Shown in pieces: positions 55,131 to 62,146 of a DNA stretch of 64,000 nt (the stretch's first letter is position 1; every line of letters starts with the position of its first letter). Position numbers and translations under genes: made by a program. The stretch lies in contig OZ244744.1 in assembly GCA_965219455.1 (NCBI GenBank), positions 2,491,587-2,555,586 on the forward strand. Reading direction: 5' to 3'. The DNA is from Candidatus Latescibacterota bacterium (GTDB lineage: Bacteria; Latescibacterota; UBA2968; GCA-2709665). The notes below the pieces were generated by a model, which saw only the letters and a list, made by a program, of their open reading frames with translations, did not search any database and was not told where the DNA came from.

Positions 55131-56048
55131 ATGCACTCCGGAATGAGCGGAGATCTACGGCATTTTGTCGTGGTTCCTGCCGAAGGCAAAAGAAAAGTGA
55201 TACGGGTACAGCCTACCAAAACGCGATTCGTTGATATTCATCACCTGGACTGGGACCTGAAGTGGTCCATCCAGTTTCCAGAAGTCATCACGTCGATGAA
55301 TGGTGTGACGATGATGTGGCAGAAGATCTGCCCTCAATGGACAAAGACAAGAGACAATGCATGGGCTTACGAATGGCAAACAACGCCTGAGTACATCAAA
55401 GAGCAGTTGGCATACCGTCAAACCGATCCCTCAGGGAAGGTCATTCGACACAACTTCATAACAGGTCTTTTTCTCAGAGCAGCGTTGTCCGGACTCGAGG
55501 ACAGAGTAGAATTGACGTTGACCCTCACGAATCAGTCATCCGCGATATTTTATGACGTCGTTTCTGATGGTGGATGTCTCCAGACAAAGTCATCTGATTT
55601 CCTGGATCAAAATGAAGTCAAACGATCCTACATCCTGGTGAAAGGTAAGCCGGAGAGCATGGGCGATCTTCACAGAACTATGGAAATTCGGACCGTGTAT
55701 CATGCAGACCTTATGGACTACGAAAAAGAATGGGTCAATAGGTCAGCATGGTTCTGGGGAAGAAGCAATACGGCCATAGACCGGCCGGCCATCCTGGGTG
55801 CCGTTTCTCATGATAGGTCTAAGGCAATAGCGCTCGGATATGAGTGTGCAACTTCGGCTTTTCAGAACGCTGACGGGCATCATTGTCTGCATAGCAGACC
55901 TCTTTTCGGTGATATTGCACCGGGGCAGTCAGTAACTCGGAAAGGCTACATCCTGTTCGGCAGCGAGTTCCCTGCGCTGGCAAAGCGACTTGGCAAACAA
56001 CTCAACAGACTGGACACGTCTAACCTGAATCATTCAAAAAAAAGGTAA
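55131..56048 (+). CDS. Hypothetical protein
   Basis: Long ORF. I prefer the ATG at 55131 (GGAGAG upstream), because the Arg-rich 63-aa extension from 54942 looks non-coding. No family recognised. Confidence 0.4.
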   Translation: MHSGMSGDLRHFVVVPAEGKRKVIRVQPTKTRFVDIHHLDWDLKWSIQFPEVITSMNGVTMMWQKICPQWTKTRDNAWAYEWQTTPEYIKEQLAYRQTDPSGKVIRHNFITGLFLRAALSGLEDRVELTLTLTNQSSAIFYDVVSDGGCLQTKSSDFLDQNEVKRSYILVKGKPESMGDLHRTMEIRTVYHADLMDYEKEWVNRSAWFWGRSNTAIDRPAILGAVSHDRSKAIALGYECATSAFQNADGHHCLHSRPLFGDIAPGQSVTRKGYILFGSEFPALAKRLGKQLNRLDTSNLNHSKKR

Positions 56049-56406
56049 TTTCCTAACCCAAGTCATTGTATTATGGTTGCGCAAATAACCTATAACAATG
56101 AACTTGGAGGAAACTACCGTGGGTGCTCAAAATAATCATCACAGCATCCTTTTCACAAGTCTTTTTGGCAAAGAGCTGGAAGGCGCCTTCGATGGGAACC
56201 GACATGGGGCGACGTTTCAAAGCTCGTTCCCTTCATCAAAGAACTAGCACCACAGAACTCGTTGATTGAGCTACGCGCATTTTTGGGCGGAAACTCCACG
56301 GCACACTTCAATGGCCGTCGACAGGCTCAGGGTTCAGGCTCCGCGGTCTACACTATAGGCGCCGACCTGTATGCGCGCCTCGATGCGCGTGAAATCGCCA
56401 ATGCTC

Positions 56407-56450
56407 TTGCCACCGCTTTCTTTTGTGGGTATAATTCCAGGTGCCAACGG
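56407..56450 (+). promoter_or_regulatory. Promoter-like module, copy 1 (TTGCCA-17 nt-TATAAT with extended TGn), upstream of brnT
   Basis: ttgccaccgctttcttttgtgggtataattccaggtgccaacgg. About 36 of 44 positions match the copy at 57144-57184. Confidence 0.5.
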
Positions 56451-56539
56451 CACTTCAAGTTTCAGTAAGGCGAGTCGTGTTTGGCTGTGGAATAGCGAAC
56501 CGCTGAGACTGGTATTCGTGGCGAGGAAGCTGCCACCAG

Positions 56540-56811
56540 ATGGAATTTGAATGGGACCCGGAAAAAGCAAAAGCCAACGAGTTCAAACATGATCTCAGTT
56601 TTCCAGAAGGGGCCAGTGTCTTCGGCGACCCTCTGGCGATAACTTTCCCCGACCCGGATCACTCAGTGGATGAAGGGCGATACGTAACTTTGGTCTCTCG
56701 AGACCGGGTCGATACGTAGTTATCTCGCATACACAACGGGCTGGAAAGACGAGAATAATAAGTGCGCGTCTAATGACGCGTCGGGAAAGGAGAATCTATG
56801 AAGAGGGCTGA
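56540..56811 (+). pseudogene. brnT: BrnT (DUF497)-family toxin with a 1-nt frameshift
   Basis: MEFEWDPEKAKANEFKHDLSFPEGASVFGDPLAITFPDPDHSVDEGRYVT, then the frame shifts at about 56680. The remainder, GLSRPGRYVVISHTQRAGKTRIISARLMTRRERRIYEEG*, is in the +2 frame. This is consistent with loss of one T in a TTT run. Confidence 0.75.
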
Positions 56812-57025
56812 ACCGGACGAACTGCGACCGGAATATCGCCGTGGAGATCTCGGTCCTGGCGTCCGGGGCAAGTATTTTGAGTCTTTTCGATCCGGGACAA
56901 ATCTCGTCTTACTCGAGCCGGACATTGCCAGGGCATTTCCTACCGAGGAGGCCGTAAATAACGCACTTCGGTCATTTTTGGAAGGGGCCAGGGGACCGGC
57001 AGACTCGAGGAAGAGCACCAGTTGA
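56798..57025 (+). CDS. Putative antitoxin partner of BrnT
   Basis: Overlaps the brnT stop. MKRAEPDELRPEYRRGDLGPGVRGKYFESFRSGTNLVLLEPDIARAFPTEEAVNNALRSFL matches the pattern of small antitoxins (RGKY...N.V.L.PD.A..F...E.VN.ALR). Confidence 0.6.
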   Translation: MKRAEPDELRPEYRRGDLGPGVRGKYFESFRSGTNLVLLEPDIARAFPTEEAVNNALRSFLEGARGPADSRKSTS

Positions 57026-57143
57026 AAAGCGAAATACAATTGTTCTTGTTGTTATCGCAGTAACGGTTGGAATTACTCACGGCAAAAAAGCGGCCAAACT
57101 TGCATAAAGGATGCGCCTCTCAACTGGGTTTGGGTTATTTCCG

Positions 57144-57184
57144 ACCACTGCCTTCCTTTGTCGGTATAATTCCATGTGCCAACG
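57144..57184 (+). promoter_or_regulatory. Promoter-like module, copy 2, upstream of the DUF2188 / TIR-like pair
   Basis: ccactgccttcctttgtcggtataattccatgtgccaacgg. TATAAT is at 57165-57170, and the AAGGAGG SD is at 57205-57211. Confidence 0.5.
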
Positions 57185-57215
57185 GTTCTACTAACTCGGT
57201 GAGAAAGGAGGTGCC

Positions 57216-57431
57216 ATGTCAAGAAAGTCACAGGCGACTAAGGGTTCGAGAGTTCATGTCATCTCAAGAAAAGATCGTTGGGCAGTCAAGAAGGAAGGAA
57301 ATTCCAGAGCGTCAAAAATCTACGGCACCAAATCTGCTGCCGAAAAAGGTGCTAGCGAAATATCGAAAGGCAGTGATGTTGTCATCCATAGACGAGATGG
57401 ATCGGTACAAAAATGGATAAGGGCTAAGTGA
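57216..57431 (+). CDS. DUF2188-like small protein
   Basis: VHVISRKDRWAVKKEGNSRASKIYGTKSAAEKGASEISKGSDVVIHRRDGSVQKW matches the DUF2188 pattern as I remember it. Confidence 0.55.
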   Translation: MSRKSQATKGSRVHVISRKDRWAVKKEGNSRASKIYGTKSAAEKGASEISKGSDVVIHRRDGSVQKWIRAK

Positions 57432-58045
57432 ACAGCCGGGGGGATTTCCATTCCAAAATCTTCATCAACTGTCCCTTTGATGACGATTACACTCGCCTAC
57501 TGAGACCTCTCCTGTTCAGTGCTGTTCGTACAGGCCTGACGGTGAGAATTGCATCGGAGATTTTTGACTCCGGAGTTGCGAGGATCCATCGAATATGTGA
57601 TTTGGTACGTGAATCCAAATACAGTGTGCATGATCTGTCAAGGATGCGAGCGTCATTCGAGGGCGAAATCCACAGGATGAATATGCCCTTCGAACTGGGT
57701 CTCGACATCGGTTGCCGGGTCTTCTCTCGCGGCTTAATGAGTCAAAAGCGATGTTTGATTTTGGAGACTGAACAGTACGAGTACCAAAAGGCATTATCTG
57801 ATCTCTCGAACTCCGACATTAAACGCCACCGTGATGAGCCTGAAGAACTGATCCGTCAAGTACGTAACTGGTTTGTTGAGGTCGGCATCAATGGGGTTCC
57901 GAGCGGTACCATGATCTGGGAACAATTCAACGAGTTTATGGCCAACTTCTATCACGAGAGGGAGGCCGAGGGCTTCAGGGGCAAAGATCTGGATATGATG
58001 CCTGTTCCTGAGTATCTCGGGTTCATCGAAGCCTGGGTCGGTTGA
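57428..58045 (+). CDS. Hypothetical protein, possibly with an N-terminal TIR-like / nucleoside 2-deoxyribosyltransferase-like domain
   Basis: GTG start overlapping the upstream stop (GTGA). KIFINCPFDDDYTRLLRPLLFSAVRTGLTVRIASE...RICDLVRESKYSVHDLSR...NMPFELGLDIG. The family assignment is tentative. Confidence 0.35.
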   Translation: MNSRGDFHSKIFINCPFDDDYTRLLRPLLFSAVRTGLTVRIASEIFDSGVARIHRICDLVRESKYSVHDLSRMRASFEGEIHRMNMPFELGLDIGCRVFSRGLMSQKRCLILETEQYEYQKALSDLSNSDIKRHRDEPEELIRQVRNWFVEVGINGVPSGTMIWEQFNEFMANFYHEREAEGFRGKDLDMMPVPEYLGFIEAWVG

Positions 58046-58204
58046 CTGAGAAACAAAGTTCTTGATGTTATGGAATCAGCCGCGTATATTTCCTATGTGT
58101 AGACTACTGGTCGCCAACATTGGGTCCGTTGACAATTCGTGATAACGGTCATTCGATGGAGGATTTTCCACATTTAGATAACACGACATTGCCATAGTAA
58201 TTCC

Positions 58205-58353
58205 GGATTCAGGTTACAAAACAGGGAAAACGGTGAAAATCCGTTGCGGTCCCGCCGCTGTAACTGGGGATGTTTCTCGCCGCGATGCCACTGGTTAAAA
58301 CCGGGAAGGCGCGAGAACCAGGTGATCCAGGAGCCAGAAGACCTGCCTGAATC
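58205..58353 (+). promoter_or_regulatory. Cobalamin (B12) riboswitch aptamer
   Basis: GGGAAAACGGTGAAAATCCGTTGCGGTCCCGCCGCTGTAA...GCCACTGG (B12 box)...CCGGGAAGGC...GAGCCAGAAGACCTGCC. The P1 stem is GATTCAGG / CCTGAATC. Confidence 0.88.
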
Positions 58354-58436
58354 TCAGAACTTATTGATTTCCTCGCGGATTTGGGAAAAGGTAAGACATC
58401 GCAGGCCACGCGGTTTCTATCGCGTAACGCGTCTAC

Positions 58437-58471
58437 CCCTGATTTCTGCAAGGAAGTCAGGGATTTTTTTT
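58437..58471 (+). terminator. Intrinsic terminator, probable expression platform of the B12 riboswitch
   Basis: An 11-bp stem, CCCTGATTTCT-GCAA-GGAAGTCAGGG (two G-U pairs), followed by A and eight T. Confidence 0.7.
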
Positions 58472-58499
58472 GCAAAGCAGTCAGCTATAAGCGCTCAGC

Positions 58500-58681
58500 G
58501 TGAAACAAGACGTTTACAGCAGTGTATGCGCCTTGTTTGCATCTGTAGGGGCAACCCTTGTGGTTGCCCACGTCACGGCGCGCATATCACTGATTGACAT
58601 CGCGGGTCCGTATCGCGAACCGGTTCTAGCTGAATGCTGAGAGCTGACAACTGATAGCTGTTGTTGCTGATCGCTGAAAGC
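58500..58681. repeat. Composite repeat block: inverted F3 element (core TGTAGGGGCAACCCTTGTGGTTGCCC, 58544-58569) plus an F2 AGCTGA-rich tract (58627-58681)
   Basis: The reverse complement of 58544-58569 matches 40348-40374 except for one base. The flanks share GATAT.CGCGCC and ATGCAA..GGC.C.TACA. Confidence 0.75.
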
Positions 58682-58695
58682 CGGAGGTTTTCGCC

Positions 58696-59820
58696 GTGGT
58701 GAATCTGAGAAGATGGATACAAACGCTGTGTTACATCGGTATCTGTGCTGCGGCGATGCCTGTCTCCGCTGAGATGTCTTTGCAATATGCGCAGGGATTT
58801 GGCGTTGAATACTTCGATGGGTACAAGATCGTGTCCGTCCTGGCGCCGGGATCCGGAACGCGGCAAACGCTTCGGTACGTCCTGGTACAGCACGGCCGGA
58901 AATCGCCCGATGGCTTTGAAGGGGTTCCGAGGATACGGATTCCCGTACGCTCTCTGATAACCACGTCCACGACGCACCTGCCGCATATCGAAAAGCTGGA
59001 TGAGGTTCAAAGCCTCGTTGCGGTCGACAACATCAAATTCGTCAATTCCGCAGCCGTCAAACGGCGTTTTGCAGCGGGCAGGATATCGGAAATCGGCAGG
59101 GGCAGATCCATCGATATGGAGCGGGTTCTCATGCTCCGGCCCGATATCGTCTTCATCGACGCGCCGTCGCAGGACAATGCGTTTCACCCTCTGCAGCAGG
59201 CCGGGGTGACCGCCGTTGTGAATGCCGCCTATGCCGAACCGACGCTGCTCGGACGCGTGGAATGGCTCAAATTCGTAGGCGTTTTTTTCAATAAGGAAAC
59301 ATTGGCCGCCGCGCAATTCGACAGTGTTGTAGCCCGGTATCGGGTTCGCAAGGCGTTGACGCGGAATCTGCCGGTAGACAAAAAACCCACCGTCTTTGTC
59401 GGGTCCCTCTGGCGCGGGACCTGGTTCATGTCGGGCGGAAAAACGTATGCCGCGCAATTGCTCGAGGAGGCGGGCGCGGATTACCTGTGGGCGGACAATG
59501 AATCGCAACGGAGTTTGTCGCTGGATTTCGAAACGGTCTACGAAGAGGCGCACGATGCCGAATACTGGATAACGATGAGGAATGAGTGGGGTTCTCGCAA
59601 CGACGTCGTGGCCGAGGATGAACGTTACGGGAACTTCAGGGCGATCAAAACGGGGAATGTCTTCAATGCCAATGCGCGCCTTAATGAGCACGGCGGTAAC
59701 GACTATTGGGAAACGGGCCTGATCGAACCGGACGTTCTGCTGGCTGATCTCATCAAGATCCTGCACCCGGACCTGCTCCCTGATCACCAACTCAAGTACT
59801 ATCGAAAGCTGGATCATTAA
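58696..59820 (+). CDS. Periplasmic binding protein of the cobalamin/Fe-siderophore class (BtuF-like)
   Basis: Signal MVNLRRWIQTLCYIGICAAAMPVSAE. ...IVSVLAP...LITTSTTHLPHIEKL...DMERVLMLRPDIVFID... It lies downstream of the B12 riboswitch. Confidence 0.7.
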   Translation: MVNLRRWIQTLCYIGICAAAMPVSAEMSLQYAQGFGVEYFDGYKIVSVLAPGSGTRQTLRYVLVQHGRKSPDGFEGVPRIRIPVRSLITTSTTHLPHIEKLDEVQSLVAVDNIKFVNSAAVKRRFAAGRISEIGRGRSIDMERVLMLRPDIVFIDAPSQDNAFHPLQQAGVTAVVNAAYAEPTLLGRVEWLKFVGVFFNKETLAAAQFDSVVARYRVRKALTRNLPVDKKPTVFVGSLWRGTWFMSGGKTYAAQLLEEAGADYLWADNESQRSLSLDFETVYEEAHDAEYWITMRNEWGSRNDVVAEDERYGNFRAIKTGNVFNANARLNEHGGNDYWETGLIEPDVLLADLIKILHPDLLPDHQLKYYRKLDH

Positions 59821-59823
59821 CCC

Positions 59824-62019
59824 ATGCTAATAATACGACTCGTGATCTTCCTGATTCTCTGCGCAAGTACGCCGCTTCAGGCGGCGGAGATTGCCGGCCG
59901 CGTCATCGATGCGGAGACGCGAGCGTCCATCGCCAACGCGAGTGTTCGCGTTCTCAACGCCGATCTTGCGACAAAGACGGATGCCCGCGGTCATTTCGCT
60001 TTTTCTGATCTGACGGCCGGCGCCTACACGCTCGCCATAACGCATATCGCCTACCAGGCCGGGCAACGCACGGTCCGCGTGAAAGGAAAGACCGAGGTTT
60101 CTGTCCGGCTGTCTCCCAGGACGTTTCCCCTCGATGAATTTTCGGTCATTGCCGATCCGATAGGAGCCAGCGACATTCACAGGAATCCGGCTTACGCCAC
60201 CGTTATTGCGCGCGAAAGTTTCGAGGGAAGAGAAACGACCCTGCCCGATGTATTGGCCGAAACCACGGGTGTACACGTTAAGCGCCTGGGTGGGCTGGGC
60301 GCGTTCAGCACGCTCTCACTACGGGGTTCATCCGCCGATCAGGTTGAGGTCTATCTCGACGGTATTCTGTTGAACGCCGCCTTTGGCGGCGGCGTAGACC
60401 TCGGCAATTTGCCGCTGGCGCACGTCGAGCAGATCGAGGTGTATCGCGGCGCTGGCGCCGGTGGCAACGGCCTGGGCGGTACGGTGCACGTCCGCTCCCG
60501 CCCGTCGCAAAGACGATGGCGACACGGCGTTCGAGGTTCGTGGGGGGCTTTCGATACACGGTTACTCAGTAGTGTGCTTGCGGGTGCGCTCGGGCAGTCG
60601 GAGTTTCTCGTTGTGGCCGACTACGCGCAAAGCGATAACGATTTCGGATTTCCGGACGACAACGGGACTGAATACAATGCCGATGACGACGTCTGGAGCA
60701 GACGCCGAAACAACGACCACCGATCCCTCAACCTGTTGGGCAAATGGCGCCGCGCTCTGGGGAGGAACAGTAATGTGTCCATCCACGAGACGGCGTACTG
60801 GAAGCGCCAGGGCATGCCCGGCATCAGCAACAATCAGTCGCGGAACGCGCAACTGGATGCCTTCCGGACCATGACCGAGGTAACATACGAAAATCGGGCG
60901 CTATCGAACGGCCTGGGTACGCGTCAATCGCTCTTTGTCACCCATACCAATGAACGCTTCCGCGATCCGGATGGCGAAGTGGGAATCGGTCGCCAGGATA
61001 ACGACTATCGCACGCGCACTTATGGGTGGCGGAGCCGTTTGCAGACGGTTCTGTTTTCGCGCTGCGATATCGCGGCCGTGATTGGCTTGCGCCGGGAGGC
61101 CTATGTGCCCACAACGCGGATCCGAACCATCGCCAATTTATTCGACAGCCGGCGATGGATCTTTTCCGCTCGCGCGGGCGTCGATGTTTCCTTGCCGGGA
61201 CAAATCGGCGTGTGGTCGTTGAGCGCCGAACAACGCCGGATACACAGTACTTTTACCGGCGCCAATCCCTTTGACTTTTCGCCGCTTGCGCCCGATTCCG
61301 CAAATACGCGCAATCTCACCACCGTGCGCTCGGGTGTGCGGCTGGATCTGGCATCGCACGTAACGTTCAAGGCCAATGCGGGGCGCGTGTTCCGGGTGCC
61401 CTCTTTCTTCGAGCTTTTCGGCGACCGCGGCGGTGTGGTGGGCAACGTCAATCTCAGGCCCGAATACGGTTTTGCGTGGGATGTGGGCCTGCGCTATTCG
61501 GATGGAACAACCGCGTTGGAACTGGCGTTTTTCGATCACCGCTATGTAGACCTGATCCAGTTTGTCCACACGTCGCAAGCCACGTCGCGCCCCGTCAACA
61601 TTGGCAGTGCGCGGGTGTACGGACTCGAAATAACCGCGCGAAAGCGCTTCGGTCCCCGCTTCAACCTGTCCGGGAATTACACGTATCAAAATGCCAGAGA
61701 CCGATCGGACATTCCCTATCTGAATGGCAACGATCTGCCCAATCGTCCGCCCCACGCGCTTTTTGCCCGGGCGACGGCGCGGCTGGGACACTGTACGGTG
61801 ACCTACGACTTCAGCCTGGAGGACGGGAGCTATCTCGACCAGGCGAATCGACGGCCGCTGTCGGTGCGCCACATTCACAACGCGGGCGTGAAAGTGGATA
61901 CCGGGCGACGGTTTAAAATCGGATTTGAGGCAAAAAATATATTCGGGGCGCAAATCGCCGATACCTGGGGTTACCCGCTGCCCGGGCGCGCGTTTTTTGT
62001 GAGTGTGAGCACGGAATGA
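59824..62019 (+). CDS. TonB-dependent receptor with an N-terminal carboxypeptidase-regulatory-like domain; likely cobalamin/corrinoid uptake
   Basis: AGRVIDAETRASIANASVRVLN...TDARGHFAFSDL, plug (VHVKRLGGLGAFSTLSLRGSSADQVEVYLDGILLN), a long barrel, and the C-terminal WGYPLPGRAFFVSVS. Confidence 0.8.
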   Translation: MLIIRLVIFLILCASTPLQAAEIAGRVIDAETRASIANASVRVLNADLATKTDARGHFAFSDLTAGAYTLAITHIAYQAGQRTVRVKGKTEVSVRLSPRTFPLDEFSVIADPIGASDIHRNPAYATVIARESFEGRETTLPDVLAETTGVHVKRLGGLGAFSTLSLRGSSADQVEVYLDGILLNAAFGGGVDLGNLPLAHVEQIEVYRGAGAGGNGLGGTVHVRSRPSQRRWRHGVRGSWGAFDTRLLSSVLAGALGQSEFLVVADYAQSDNDFGFPDDNGTEYNADDDVWSRRRNNDHRSLNLLGKWRRALGRNSNVSIHETAYWKRQGMPGISNNQSRNAQLDAFRTMTEVTYENRALSNGLGTRQSLFVTHTNERFRDPDGEVGIGRQDNDYRTRTYGWRSRLQTVLFSRCDIAAVIGLRREAYVPTTRIRTIANLFDSRRWIFSARAGVDVSLPGQIGVWSLSAEQRRIHSTFTGANPFDFSPLAPDSANTRNLTTVRSGVRLDLASHVTFKANAGRVFRVPSFFELFGDRGGVVGNVNLRPEYGFAWDVGLRYSDGTTALELAFFDHRYVDLIQFVHTSQATSRPVNIGSARVYGLEITARKRFGPRFNLSGNYTYQNARDRSDIPYLNGNDLPNRPPHALFARATARLGHCTVTYDFSLEDGSYLDQANRRPLSVRHIHNAGVKVDTGRRFKIGFEAKNIFGAQIADTWGYPLPGRAFFVSVSTE

Positions 62020-62146
62020 GCGATGGAAGGCAGGAGAAGGTAGGTCCGGGAGGCGAATCGCCCCTTTTTCAGCTGAAGCCGGTTTATCGGGCGAATACCA
62101 CGAATCAAGTGGTCGTTTTTTACTTTTAACGGGGGGGCCGGATTTA

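Noticed and set aside
56100-56260. A possible transposase N-terminal relic (…SLFGKELEGAFDGNRHG… vaguely like the FDGG.LTSDAG motif of IS1380-type transposases).
   Set aside because: The similarity is limited to a few residues in one short frame that ends in a stop. That is too weak to call without a database search.
56407-57184. The duplicated 44-nt modules as integron attC sites marking a cassette array.
   Set aside because: I found no GTTRRRY/RYYYAAC core pair with imperfect internal dyad symmetry, and no intI gene in the window. The modules contain well-spaced -35 and extended -10 hexamers, which fits promoters better.
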